DNA of 64,000 nt, taken from positions 416,001 to 480,000 of the forward strand of contig CAXXKJ010000002.1 in NCBI GenBank assembly GCA_963675295.2, given 5' to 3'. The notes beneath the pieces are model-generated. The model searched no databases and had not been told where the DNA came from. It was given only the letters and a program-made list of their open reading frames with translations. Both the position numbers and the translations under genes were made by a program. This DNA is from a bacterium (lineage in GTDB: Bacteria > Electryoneota > Electryoneia > Electryoneales > Electryoneaceae). Each line of letters starts with the position of its first letter. Position 1 is the stretch's first letter. This document shows, in pieces, positions 40,731-51,236 of this stretch.

Positions 40731-42383
40731 ATGAAGAACATGAAACGATCCAGCGTTCTCGCGACCGTCACCGGGATTGAAGTTGTTACCGAAACGGTCA
40801 CGTGTGAACATGCTAACGCACACAGTGAAAAGGGGACACTTTGTCCCCAAAGTGTCCCCCGCAGGTACGGTGAGACGGGGACACGTAACGGAGTAGGTGT
40901 CCCCCGCGGGTACGGTAAGGCGGGGACACTTAACGGAGTAAGTGTCCCCGGTGCAAGGGTTGCGGGTCCGCGTCCGCAAGCGGACACGGGCACAGTAGGC
41001 GTCACGCTGATGGTTGTGGTGCTGCTGGTGCTGCTGTCGGCGACGCAGGCGAGGGCGCAGGAGGGCTACGCCGGTCAGGCGGGCGCGTTCCTGCGGATGG
41101 GTTCCGGCGCGGCGGCGGTGGCGATGGGTGATGCCGGTGTCGGACGGGCGATGGGTGCGGAACAGTCGCATTACAACGCGGCGGGGTTGCCGTACGCGCC
41201 CGCGAACGATGTGTATGTCGGCTATCATGTGCTCAGTCTTGACCGGTCGCTGGCGCATGTCGGCGTGTTGCTGCAGGTGCCGGAGATTTCGTTCTGGAAG
41301 GACCCGATCCGTCCGGTGGCGTTGTTCGAGGAAGACGGCAAGGCGCCGCGATTGATCGACGAATCCGACCTGCCGCCGACACGGAAGCGTGAAATCATCG
41401 ATGTGGACGAGTATCTCGAACCGTTGGCGGATGCGATCTTGACGCTGGCGCATTCGGAGCTGGACGAGATTCCGTCGCTGGAAGTCAACGGGCGGATGGT
41501 GCAGCCGGGTGTGCTTGAACGGGTGGTGACGCAGATGGCGGCGGTTGCGCGTCAGGAGAACCTGACCACGACGGGCCAGGTGATCGCGCGGATGGAATCC
41601 AGCTACAAGCGGGTGCAGACGAAACCGGCGGCGGTGTCGTTGAACTGGACGCACGCCGGGACGAAGGACATTGAAGGCCGGAACCTGAACGGGCAACTCT
41701 ACGACACGTTCGGCTTCTACGAGAACCGGTTCTCATTCTCCTTCGGGTTGCGCCTGCATCGCATGGTCAGCGCCGGGGTTACGGTCGGTGTGTTGTACGC
41801 GACGGTGCCGGAATTGCTGGATGATGGCAGCGCGTTGACCTCGACAACGTTCGGCGCGGATGCGGGTGTGCAACTGCGGCCGTTCGCCGAGCGTGAACTG
41901 CCGTACGGACTGGAAACGTTCACCGTCGGGCTCGCCGGGTATGACATCGGCGGGAAAAATTCGTGGAACACAACCGGCTACTGGGAACAGGGCACGACGA
42001 AGACCGACGAGTTCCCGAACCGGTACCGCGCGGGGTTTGCGTACGCGCCGGTGAACGGGGTGACGGTTGCGGCGGATCTGGAGACGGATCTCGATGCGGT
42101 CTCACGTGTCAAGGCCGGCGCGGAAGTGTATGTGATCGGCGCGGAACGGTTTGATGCGCCAGACGGCGGCCCGTTTGATGGCGAGTCGACACGGAATCTG
42201 CCGACGCAGCCGGCGTTGATCCTGCGTGCCGGGATGGATGATGACAGCCCGACGTTCGGGCTCGGCCTGGTGCTGCATGTGATGGGACTCGGATTGACGC
42301 GGTTGGATTACGCGTATGTGGTGGAAGAGGTGAGCCCGGAGCCGACGCAGGTATTGACGTGGCGGTTCCGTTTCGCGATCTGA
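40731..42383 (+). CDS. PorV/PorQ-like outer-membrane barrel with insertions
   Basis: GQAGAFLRMGSGAAAVAMGDA, YNAAGL, LDYAY; the N-terminus contains in-frame REP elements; start uncertain (40731 or 41010). Confidence 0.78.
   Translation: MKNMKRSSVLATVTGIEVVTETVTCEHANAHSEKGTLCPQSVPRRYGETGTRNGVGVPRGYGKAGTLNGVSVPGARVAGPRPQADTGTVGVTLMVVVLLVLLSATQARAQEGYAGQAGAFLRMGSGAAAVAMGDAGVGRAMGAEQSHYNAAGLPYAPANDVYVGYHVLSLDRSLAHVGVLLQVPEISFWKDPIRPVALFEEDGKAPRLIDESDLPPTRKREIIDVDEYLEPLADAILTLAHSELDEIPSLEVNGRMVQPGVLERVVTQMAAVARQENLTTTGQVIARMESSYKRVQTKPAAVSLNWTHAGTKDIEGRNLNGQLYDTFGFYENRFSFSFGLRLHRMVSAGVTVGVLYATVPELLDDGSALTSTTFGADAGVQLRPFAERELPYGLETFTVGLAGYDIGGKNSWNTTGYWEQGTTKTDEFPNRYRAGFAYAPVNGVTVAADLETDLDAVSRVKAGAEVYVIGAERFDAPDGGPFDGESTRNLPTQPALILRAGMDDDSPTFGLGLVLHVMGLGLTRLDYAYVVEEVSPEPTQVLTWRFRFAI
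40832..40993. repeat. Four REP-like palindromes within the 5' end of the PorV-like gene
   Basis: GGGGACAC..GTGTCCCC at 40832, 40877 and 40922; GTCCGCGTCCGCAAGCGGACACGGGCAC at 40966 (identical copy at 7088). Confidence 0.9.
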
Positions 42384-42439
42384 AGCATCGTACATTCATC
42401 GGGTGACAACACCCGATTGGTTGGTTATCGAGAGAAACG

Positions 42440-43330
42440 ATGAAGAACATCTTCGCAGCAGCAGCACTGGTTCTGATCGCATCGGCGGCGTTCGCGACGC
42501 CGGGGTCGACGTGGCTCGAACTCGGTCCGGGCGCGCGGTCGTCCGCATTGGCCGAAACCATGACCGCTTCCGCGACAGGCGCGACGGCGAACTACTGGAA
42601 TCCGGCCGGGGTCGGGATGTACGGCAATTCGATCGAGGCGATGTACGCCGATTCGTGGGTCGAAGGCGCGTCGATTCAGTACGCGGCGGGCGCGTTCGAG
42701 ATCGGACGGGTTGGTTTCGGTGTCAGCGCGCACTATGTCGGAGTCGGTGATCTGGAGCTGCGGGATCGGCCGTCCGCAAGCCCGATTGGCACTTATGACG
42801 CTCGCAATACGGCGCTGGGCCTGAGCCTGGCATACGAAGTGGCGTGGGGCGTGCGGGTTGGCGCGGGCGTGCGTTACCTGAACGAACAGATCTATGTGTA
42901 CGATGCCAACGGCTGGGCGGCAGATTTCGGGCTGCTGCGGCATGATTTGTTCGACCATAAGCTGGATGTCGGCGCGGCGGTACGTCATATCGGGGATATG
43001 GGCGCGTTGCGGCGGGAGAGCGAAGAACTGCCGACGACGGTCGCCGCAGGACTGCGCTACAAGCCGGGGATCTTCGGTGAGTTCAAGCCGGCGCTACTGG
43101 CGGATGTCAGCAAGGTCAGCGGGTATGATGTGAATGTGCATGTCGCGGCGGAAGTGAACGTGATGGGCTACATCGACCTGCGCGCGGGGTATGTCAGCGG
43201 GTATGAAGGCCGTGGGCTGAGCGCCGGGTTTGGCGTGATGTACAAGGGCATCCGTTTCGACTTCGCGTATGTGCCGTACCAGAACGATCTCGGCACCGAG
43301 ACGCGGTACAGTGTCGGGGGGGAGTGGTAA
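42440..43330 (+). CDS. PorV/PorQ-family outer-membrane protein
   Basis: LELGPGARSSALAE, YWNPAG, LRAGY, FDFAY. Confidence 0.85.
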   Translation: MKNIFAAAALVLIASAAFATPGSTWLELGPGARSSALAETMTASATGATANYWNPAGVGMYGNSIEAMYADSWVEGASIQYAAGAFEIGRVGFGVSAHYVGVGDLELRDRPSASPIGTYDARNTALGLSLAYEVAWGVRVGAGVRYLNEQIYVYDANGWAADFGLLRHDLFDHKLDVGAAVRHIGDMGALRRESEELPTTVAAGLRYKPGIFGEFKPALLADVSKVSGYDVNVHVAAEVNVMGYIDLRAGYVSGYEGRGLSAGFGVMYKGIRFDFAYVPYQNDLGTETRYSVGGEW

Positions 43331-43345
43331 GACCAGTACGTCGTG

Positions 43346-43568
43346 TGCCCCGACGGCAGAAGAGCTCGTCGGGTTTGACGAAGCTTAATTGAACCGGGGA
43401 CATCTCGCTGAGGTGTCCCTGGTTTTTGTTACCACGGACTGAAGTCCGTGGTAACAGATCTGGACGGATGATCCGCGGTAGCACAGCTCCCGCGGGCATC
43501 GTTTGATGATCCCAGACATGAATGTCTGGGGCACGAAAAAGGGGACACTTATCGGAGTAAGTGTCCCC
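43346..43568. repeat. Six consecutive REP-like hairpins of different types
   Basis: Elements at 43346, 43394, 43431, 43466, 43505 and 43541. Confidence 0.88.
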
Positions 43569-43589
43569 TTCATAGGTGACATCCGCAGG

Positions 43590-44621
43590 TTATTTCAGCA
43601 CGGTGATGCGTTGCGTGGCGACGTGGCCCGGCGTGGTTGCGCGGACGAGATAGATGCCGCTGGCCAGGTTGTTCGCGTCAAGGGCAAGGCGGTGCAGTCC
43701 GGGCGCGTAAACGCCGTCCGTGACGGTCGCGACCTGCCGGCCGAGTGTGTTGTAGACGGCGACATGAACCATTCCCGGTGTGGGCAGGGAGAGGTTCAAC
43801 GTGGTGGACGCGTTGAACGGGTTCGGGTACGCCGGCAGCAGTTCGAAGCTGCGCGCCAGTTGTGGAGTTTGTTCGTGAACGCTGGTGGTGACGCTGGTGA
43901 TGCGTTCGAAGGTGCCGTTGTTGAACAGCGGGTCGGGATCGTCGTCTGAACCCGATGTGATAGTGACAATCTCGCCCCAGTCCGGTGTGAACCAGGTGTA
44001 CGACACTCTGATTTCGACTTCGCCGGAGGGATAGGTTGTGGTGGTGTTGTTGCGGCGCATGCGGAGCACGTCGTAGGTGCCGTTCACGTCGGTCAATGTT
44101 CCCCAGGCATCAATGGAATAGCGGGTCGAGTCAATGGTGGTTTCGTCGCCGTAGGTCGAGGTGATGACATTTTCCCACTCGTCGAGGTAGTTCAGCGGGC
44201 AGGAAACGAGCAGGCCGTCCGATTCGGTGGCGACGGCGATAATGTTGCCTCCGCCGAGGTCATACGCTACGCCGACGATGATGTTGGTCGTCGCGGTAGT
44301 GTGGAAGTACCTCAGTTGTTGCTGGTCCTGTACCATTGGGCCGAGCCAGACATTGTTTGCGGTCGGGAATTGACCGGCACCGGCGTGACCGGCGGGATCA
44401 TCCCAGGCTTCGGTCCAGGCAACAGGAGTCGGTGAGGCGGAAAAGTCCCAGGTCTGGTCGGGTCCACCGGCTGTCATCTGGTTATCATTCGGTCCCATCT
44501 CACGGGTCAGTTCGGTGTACGGATGGATCGCGAAATCATCCATGTGCAGCGTGATCTGCGCTACTCCAGCGGTGGTCAGCAGCAGCACGGAAAACAGCAC
44601 TCCCCAGGCACGAACGGTCAT
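43590..44621 (-). CDS. Secreted protein with T9SS CTD
   Basis: Signal peptide, GGPDQTWDFS, DAWGTL, AYPNPFNAST..ASGIYLV..ITVLK. Confidence 0.85.
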   Translation of the reverse strand: MTVRAWGVLFSVLLLTTAGVAQITLHMDDFAIHPYTELTREMGPNDNQMTAGGPDQTWDFSASPTPVAWTEAWDDPAGHAGAGQFPTANNVWLGPMVQDQQQLRYFHTTATTNIIVGVAYDLGGGNIIAVATESDGLLVSCPLNYLDEWENVITSTYGDETTIDSTRYSIDAWGTLTDVNGTYDVLRMRRNNTTTTYPSGEVEIRVSYTWFTPDWGEIVTITSGSDDDPDPLFNNGTFERITSVTTSVHEQTPQLARSFELLPAYPNPFNASTTLNLSLPTPGMVHVAVYNTLGRQVATVTDGVYAPGLHRLALDANNLASGIYLVRATTPGHVATQRITVLK

Positions 44622-44875
44622 CGTACAATCCCCTCCAAAGGTGGTTGCGGCACGTCCCCACTGCCGTCTTTTCGTATGTTCGTATGTTTGTTGAAACGCC
44701 TCCGGCACGAATACTGGAATCTGGCCACGGCGAGCGATAGCCGCAAGATTGTGAAACGATTTTTTGTGTTTGTCGGGATGTTGTGACTCTCTGCACGAAG
44801 AGCAACCAAACGCGGTCAGGATCATCGAACATGCAGAGCTGATTACGGTGCAGTTCCAATCAACGTGGACGCAGG

Positions 44876-45217
44876 ATGGGCCGGATTTACTTGTTGTGGT
44901 GGGCGTTGCTGATCGGGTCGGGGTTGACCGGCTTGCTGCTGGCGGTGTTCGACCTCAAGGGCAACGGCAGGTTGACGCAGAAGGGTCTCGCTTCGCTAAC
45001 GAGTGTGCTGCTTGCGGCTGCGGCATTGTGGGCGTGCCCGGCGATGGCGCTGTTCGAATACGACGGGATGAGTTGCAGCGAATCGCGCTACGGGCTGTCA
45101 TGGATGCTGCTTGCGGCGGCGGCGAGTACGTTGGTGCTGGCGTTCCGTGCGAAACGTGCCAAGCGTGCACAGGAGTACTTGAAACATAAGAGCGGTCCGG
45201 AATCGCACACTCCGTAA
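44876..45217 (+). CDS. Small hypothetical 3-TM membrane protein
   Basis: Three hydrophobic segments; GCAGG before the ATG. Confidence 0.55.
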   Translation: MGRIYLLWWALLIGSGLTGLLLAVFDLKGNGRLTQKGLASLTSVLLAAAALWACPAMALFEYDGMSCSESRYGLSWMLLAAAASTLVLAFRAKRAKRAQEYLKHKSGPESHTP

Positions 45218-45408
45218 CACCGGTCTCTCGGGGCTGGATCTGTAAACTGACAGCCGTTTTTCCTACCTTGACTCCTCACAAGATTACTGAATCAGCGGGG
45301 ACACTTTGGGGACAAAGTGTCCCCGTTGCTACATGCCGTGATCGCTGCAGTGAATTCAGACGTTAAAACGATTCAGATAGAGTTGACTTCAGGGGAGTGA
45401 ACGAAACG

Positions 45409-46533
45409 ATGGCCAAGTACAAGATCGCCTGGTTGCCGGGTGACGGCGTAGGCAACGACGTGATGGAATGTGCGCGGAAGGCGTTGGACGCGCTTCAGTT
45501 TGATGCGGAATACCTGCACGGTGACATCGGCTGGGAATTCTGGAAGCATGAAGGCGAAGCGTTGCCGCAGCGCACGCTGGACCTGTTGCCGCAGACCGAC
45601 TGCGCGTTGTTCGGCGCGATCACCAGCAAGCCGCGTGACGAAGCGGCTGAAGAGCTCGATCCGGAGCTGCAGGGCAAGGGCCTGGTCTACACCAGCCCGA
45701 TCGTGCGGCTGCGCCAGACGTTGAACCTGCACACCAACCTGCGTCCGTGCAAGGCGTACGAAAACAATCCGTTGAACTACAAGGAAGGCATCGACCTGGC
45801 GATCTTCCGTGAGAACACGGAAGGATTGTACGTCGGCGTCGAATTCCACCCGGTGCCGCATTCGTTGTGGGATGAGATGGCGAAGCATCAGCCCAAGGCG
45901 AAGCGTTTCCAGGGCTACGAAGAGAACGACATCGCGATGAGCTGCCGTGTGATGACGCGCGCCGGCTGCAAGAACATTGTGACGCAGGCGTTCGAGTACG
46001 CGAAGAAGTTCGGCTACAAGACGGTGACGGTTGTTGACAAGCCGAATGTGCTGCGCGAGACCGGCGGCCTGATGATCCGTACGGCGCGTGAGGTGGCGAA
46101 GAACTACCCGGGCATCGAGCTGTGGGAGACGAACATCGACGCGCAGTGCATGTGGCTGCTGAAGAATCCGATGGATTATGGCGTGATGGTTGCGGAGAAC
46201 ATGTTCGGCGACATCATCAGCGACCTCGCGGCGCAGTTGGTCGGTGGGCTCGGGTTCGCGGCGAGCGGCAACATCGGCGACAACTACGCGGTGTTTGAGC
46301 CGACGCACGGATCCGCGCCGAAGTACGAAGGCCAGTACAAGGTCAACCCGATGGCGATGCTGCTGACGACGAAGATGATGCTCGATTGGCTCGGTGAAGT
46401 GGACCTCGCGAACAAGCTGGAGAAGGGCATCGCGAAGACGATCGCCGACGCGAAGGTGCGCACCTATGACATGGGTGGCAGCGCCACGTCGCTGGAAGTA
46501 ACCGACGAAGTGATTCGGAACTTCGCTTCCTAA
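45409..46533 (+). CDS. Isocitrate/isopropylmalate dehydrogenase family enzyme
   Basis: [37 protein letters not shown]. Confidence 0.93.
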   Translation: MAKYKIAWLPGDGVGNDVMECARKALDALQFDAEYLHGDIGWEFWKHEGEALPQRTLDLLPQTDCALFGAITSKPRDEAAEELDPELQGKGLVYTSPIVRLRQTLNLHTNLRPCKAYENNPLNYKEGIDLAIFRENTEGLYVGVEFHPVPHSLWDEMAKHQPKAKRFQGYEENDIAMSCRVMTRAGCKNIVTQAFEYAKKFGYKTVTVVDKPNVLRETGGLMIRTAREVAKNYPGIELWETNIDAQCMWLLKNPMDYGVMVAENMFGDIISDLAAQLVGGLGFAASGNIGDNYAVFEPTHGSAPKYEGQYKVNPMAMLLTTKMMLDWLGEVDLANKLEKGIAKTIADAKVRTYDMGGSATSLEVTDEVIRNFAS

Positions 46534-46649
46534 GTCTTGGGTCTTGAGTCCTGAGTCTTGAGACAAAGACAACAGCCCATGGACCATGAACCATAGACCA
46601 TAGACCAGAAAACATCAAAGCCGCGCTGGAGATGAATCCGGCGCGGCTT
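46533..46649. terminator. Heptamer repeats followed by a terminator hairpin
   Basis: GAGTCTT- and AGACCAT-type heptamers, then AAGCCGCGCTGGA..TCCGGCGCGGCTT. Confidence 0.65.
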
Positions 46650-46759
46650 ATTGTTGTTGTGCTTGGCGGCGGCACGGTGACCAGCTGATCTGAACGGCGC
46701 CACGATGCCAGGCTTTGGTCATCGTTGATAGGGTCAAGGCGCCGCCAACCTGTGTTCCT

Positions 46760-48619
46760 TTACCTCGTGCTGGTGGCGTCCGAGCAGTCGTATATGTGCA
46801 GGTAGGGACCGTCCGCGACGAACGCGTACTGGCCCTGTACCGTAACCGCCCAGCCGTAGCTTTCTGTGTCATAGAACCCGGAAGCGCTGATCTGGCCGGG
46901 GTTGGTGATATCCAGGACGTACAGCCCGTAGCGGTCGTCAAGGGCGTAGGCGAAGTCGCCGGCGACGTCCACGTCAGTCGCGTAGCGTGGAGAGTCGTAG
47001 AACCCGACCTCCACCGGGCTGGCCGGATTGCTGACGTCAATGATGTGCATTCCGCCCCAGCCAGCATCGTCGGTCACATACACCAGATTTCCCTGCACCT
47101 TGACATCCGTCGCGTCGCCGTCAAACTCCAGTGCGGTGACAAAATGGGGAGCGTTCGGATTGCTGATGTTGACGATGGCGAGGCCGTCGTTGTCCGCTGC
47201 CAGAAAGGCGAAATCACCGGCCACCTCCACGTCGTGAACCCGGGAAAGGTACTCGTCCAATTCACCGAGCAGGACGGGAGATGCCGGGTTGGAGATGTCC
47301 AGAACACTGAGTCCGGGTGACTGGTTGCCGAGGTACGCGAGGTTGCCGGCAACGTCGATGCTGTATTCGCGGTTACTCTGAACGTCGTAGTTGTGGACGA
47401 GGTTGGGGTTGGCCGGGTCAGACACGTCGTAGATGTAGAGCCCGGTATCGTAGTCGATGAGGTACGCATAGTCGTCGATCGCCCGAACCAGGATGGCGTT
47501 CTCCGGGATCGTACTTGTCGCGACCTCGACGGGTGACGCAGGGTCGGAGATGTCGACGACGGCCAGTCCGGCTTCTTCGCAGGCGAGGTAGGCATAGTCG
47601 CCGGATACCGAAATGTCCTGCAACCGTCCCCGGGTGTCATAGCCGCCGAGCACGTTCATCGCGGCCGGGTCCACCTTGTCTACGATGTACACGCCTTCCT
47701 CCAGGGAGGCAACGTAGACCTTGTCGTTATCCGGGTAAAGGGAATACGCGCCCTCGTCGAACGCCAGCGTGTCCAGTTCAACCGGGTTGGTCGGGTCGGA
47801 GACGTCAACGCTGCTCAGGCTGACATTGTGTCCGCCGACATACGCGTAGTCTCCATCCAGCCTCACTTCTCGAGTATACGGAAGGTCCAGCGTTCCCAGC
47901 ATGAATGGATTGACCGGATCATTCAGATCGTAGATCTGCAAGCCTGTGTAGCGGCCGACAATGTAGACCGTACGGCCGACTGCGGTGACGCCGTCCATAT
48001 AGCCTGCGGTTGGGAAATAGCGGAAGGGAATTGGGTTTGCCGGATCGGAAACATTGAGCAACCGGACGCCGTGATTTTCCAGCAGGTAGGCGATGCCGGC
48101 ATCGGCTGCGATGGTGTAGGCTGAGTTAGGATCTGGCACATCATAGGAACCAATCTCGACGAGTTGAGTCGGGTCGCTGATGTCGAGAATCTTGATTCCA
48201 GCCGTTCCATAGGCGAGGCCGGCGTACGGATAGGCGATGGTGATGTCAAAGCACGTCGTTCCGCCGTCATAGAGTTCCACCTCGACCGGATTCGTTGGGT
48301 CGGACACGTCAAGAACGTGGATGGCTTCATGTCGTGCCACGGCGATCAGGTACTGATCCTGCAGGACGACATCGTAGGTGACATCCGGCAGATCGTAGTA
48401 GCCGACTTCAACGGGTGCGGCAGGGTCGGAGATATCCAGGATGCCGATGCCTGTGCCGCCGGTGGCGACATAGGCATAATCCCCGGAAGCGATAATGTCT
48501 CTCGCGCTGTCCCACTTGTGATACAGCGAGCCAGCGAGGCTGACATTCAAGCTGTCGTTGGCGATGGCCGGGCTATCCAGAAGTACGGCGGCGAGTACAA
48601 ACAGCAAGAAGCTACGCAT
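46760..48619 (-). CDS. Secreted LVIVD-repeat protein with no CTD
   Basis: Many G.YAYVA...GL.I.DISDP..P repeats; signal peptide. Confidence 0.9.
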   Translation of the reverse strand: MRSFLLFVLAAVLLDSPAIANDSLNVSLAGSLYHKWDSARDIIASGDYAYVATGGTGIGILDISDPAAPVEVGYYDLPDVTYDVVLQDQYLIAVARHEAIHVLDVSDPTNPVEVELYDGGTTCFDITIAYPYAGLAYGTAGIKILDISDPTQLVEIGSYDVPDPNSAYTIAADAGIAYLLENHGVRLLNVSDPANPIPFRYFPTAGYMDGVTAVGRTVYIVGRYTGLQIYDLNDPVNPFMLGTLDLPYTREVRLDGDYAYVGGHNVSLSSVDVSDPTNPVELDTLAFDEGAYSLYPDNDKVYVASLEEGVYIVDKVDPAAMNVLGGYDTRGRLQDISVSGDYAYLACEEAGLAVVDISDPASPVEVATSTIPENAILVRAIDDYAYLIDYDTGLYIYDVSDPANPNLVHNYDVQSNREYSIDVAGNLAYLGNQSPGLSVLDISNPASPVLLGELDEYLSRVHDVEVAGDFAFLAADNDGLAIVNISNPNAPHFVTALEFDGDATDVKVQGNLVYVTDDAGWGGMHIIDVSNPASPVEVGFYDSPRYATDVDVAGDFAYALDDRYGLYVLDITNPGQISASGFYDTESYGWAVTVQGQYAFVADGPYLHIYDCSDATSTR

Positions 48620-49186
48620 GATTCCTCCTGGTTGTATATCAGCGTGTTGACATAGGTTGTGCAGCTGTCGTGATAACATATGCATGAACAATGTGAACAG
48701 GATAAGGATTGAATTGTGTTCGAGTCACGGTCGAATCGGGTAAAATTGCAGCCAAGTGAAGTTGTGAGAGACTAACAATAGCTGAAGTTCTCGATACATT
48801 TTTCGGCGTCCCGTCTTTGAGCCGGTCTACCCGGACCCTTAAAGGGCTATTTGTGCAAAAAAGGTTGTAGGCTCTCGGTGTTTACTAAACGGGTAGCCCC
48901 CCTCAGCGTGTCGTGGCAGCGTCTCTCCAATTGCCGGGAATCCAACCAACTACCAGTTCGGAACGAATCGGATCCAGCTTAGAAACAGTGAGTTGGAAGT
49001 TAGGGGTGATCGCGAGAAAGCTTCAAGTTAGAGGCTCCAAAATTTTAGCTGGATTGACAGGCAAGACGTGCATTAGGCTCTCCTAATTTGCATGTTTTCG
49101 TTGCACTGCGCAGCCGTGCCCATGGGAAGTGGGAATCTGTCGGTTGTGCGAAACCCCCCGGTAGTATTGGACGAAAGGGATTTGTG

Positions 49187-50755
49187 ATGAAGAGACGATT
49201 TGCTGCTGTATCCCTGCTGACACTCGCACTGGCCGCATCCTCGTTTGCGATGGACCGGATGGAGAAGGACGCGATCCGTCAGCGCGCAATGGACGAAGCT
49301 CGACTCAGTACTCAGGCTCAGCAGGAGGGAAGCCGGACGATTAACACGATTGTCCCAATGAACGAAGCGTCAATTCTGGTGGTGATCAATACGCCATTGA
49401 ACTCGTGGCAACTGAGCGATCAGATCAACGCTGTGTTTGCATCGTTGTACATGGACGTGGCTTACTGGGATGTGTTCGTGGATGGTCCGTTCGACACGGA
49501 CTATCTGACGATGTATGAGTGGGACGCGGTGATGTTGTTCGCGGACGACACGGGTGAATTTCCGACGCGTGATTATGATGGCGGCGCGTGGAGCCAGTAT
49601 GTGATCGATGGCGGTAACCTGTTCTATTCGGACCAGGACTATTTCTGGGCGAACAATGAGGTTACGGAGCCGGAATTCATGGAAGGTGACTTTGCGTACG
49701 ATGCATTCGGAATTGAGTCCGGCGTGAACGATGCAAATTTCACCAGTGACAATTATTTCGGTCAGTACCTGGATCCGATGTCCGGCGAGTTTTTTACGGA
49801 GCCGTTCAACGTGAACGAGCAGCAGGCGTTCAATTGGGAAGATGCCGCGTATCCTGTCACGGACGCGACGCAGCTTTTCTTCAACGGCGACAATTATGAC
49901 ACGGCTGGTCACATGTACCCCAACCAGTTTGGCGGCAAGATTGTGTACACGGCGTTCAACACGGCGGCCTCGGCGGAGTTAATCGACAACCAGTGGGAAA
50001 TGACGCATGACTTCGTGATGTTGGTCGAAAATGCGGTGAACTATTTCATGCAGCCGGACGAAGCGACGTTGGCCCTGATGCCGGAAGATCCGTTCCTGCC
50101 GGCGGAAGGCGGAGACCTGACCTACGACATCCGTTTCATCAACAACACGTCGAACAACTACCCGGCAGTCCGTTTCTGGACCGAGGTGACGCTGCCGAAC
50201 GGCAACATGACGGGCACGTTGAGCCAGTTCTACTTCAACGTTACGCCGAACATGAACACCGGCCTCGCAATGCAGCAGCAGATGGTTCCGCCGATGGCGC
50301 CGGAAGGGCAGTACACCTTCCACGCGCACATTGGCATGTTCCAGACGCCGTTTGTCAGTGACTCGTTCCAGTTCTTCAAGGATGCGCCGTTGGCCGGAGC
50401 TGGTAGCGGAGAATACAACGAAACCGACTGGATGATGGACAACGACGTCGAAATCGCCGCGGATGCGCTGGTGGCCGGTACGGTGCCGGACGCGTACGCG
50501 CTGAACGCATCGTATCCGAACCCGTTCAACCCGACGACCACGGTGAGTGTGTCGTTGCCGGACGCTTCCGATCTGACGGTCGCGGTGTACAACACGGTCG
50601 GACAGCAGGTGGCGGAGCTGGCGCAGGGTCGTGTCGCGGCGGGAACGCACGCGTACACGTTTGATGCGTCCGCGTTGAGCAGCGGCGTGTATTTTGTCCA
50701 CGCGTCGGTGCCGGGCCAGTTGAACGCGATGCAGAAGGTCGTGTTGATGAAGTAA
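49187..50755 (+). CDS. Secreted acidic protein with pre-CTD Ig-like domain and T9SS CTD
   Basis: Signal peptide; GGNLFYSDQD; YPNPFNP..KVVLMK. Confidence 0.87.
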   Translation: MKRRFAAVSLLTLALAASSFAMDRMEKDAIRQRAMDEARLSTQAQQEGSRTINTIVPMNEASILVVINTPLNSWQLSDQINAVFASLYMDVAYWDVFVDGPFDTDYLTMYEWDAVMLFADDTGEFPTRDYDGGAWSQYVIDGGNLFYSDQDYFWANNEVTEPEFMEGDFAYDAFGIESGVNDANFTSDNYFGQYLDPMSGEFFTEPFNVNEQQAFNWEDAAYPVTDATQLFFNGDNYDTAGHMYPNQFGGKIVYTAFNTAASAELIDNQWEMTHDFVMLVENAVNYFMQPDEATLALMPEDPFLPAEGGDLTYDIRFINNTSNNYPAVRFWTEVTLPNGNMTGTLSQFYFNVTPNMNTGLAMQQQMVPPMAPEGQYTFHAHIGMFQTPFVSDSFQFFKDAPLAGAGSGEYNETDWMMDNDVEIAADALVAGTVPDAYALNASYPNPFNPTTTVSVSLPDASDLTVAVYNTVGQQVAELAQGRVAAGTHAYTFDASALSSGVYFVHASVPGQLNAMQKVVLMK

Positions 50756-50882
50756 ACGATGACAGCCGTCCCGCCGCTTTCCGGGGGGAAGCGTGGGTCA
50801 CGGCTGAGTTGAACGGTCTGCCGGACGGTGTGTCCGGAGGGGGATACCCGGCGAACGGACGGTGGATTGGTAACGGTTGTGA

Positions 50883-50956
50883 AGGGACACGTGGCGGAGC
50901 ACGTGTCCCTTTGTGTTTGTAGTGACGGATGAGCCCAGACATGAATGTCTGGGGCA
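50883..50956. repeat. REP-like palindromes
   Basis: AGGGACACGTG..CACGTGTCCCT and CCCAGACATGAATGTCTGGGGCA. Confidence 0.8.
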
Positions 50957-51236
50957 GGATGGGGTGCGTGAGACTGGCAGTTAGTCTCGTTGGAATTGAA
51001 CTCCCTCTTCACTCCGGGAGTTTCGTGTTTCCGGTCACACGCGACGTGTTTGGAACACCTAACTTCAGCCATTCCGATTGATGGTTTGGGCTTCGGACGA
51101 TCCCTGAATGCAGGGGCGCATATCAAGTGGACGCACCGGCTGGATGGCATGTTTGGTGCTGAACGAATCAGGTGTGATTGGAGCCGCGACAGACGAATTC
51201 CAGTTGCGGCTTCGGAACGGCGAAGGAGTGATTGCG

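Noticed and set aside
43346-43568. Possible CRISPR array in the hairpin clusters (also 16028-16207 and 40832-40993)
   Set aside because: Units differ in sequence, spacing is short or irregular, there are no unique 30-40 bp spacers, and no cas genes are present.
48700-49186. Riboswitch or ncRNA in long intergenic regions (also 1000-1470, 31750-32000, 33300-33760)
   Set aside because: No recognisable conserved motif by eye; an Rfam/Infernal scan would be needed.
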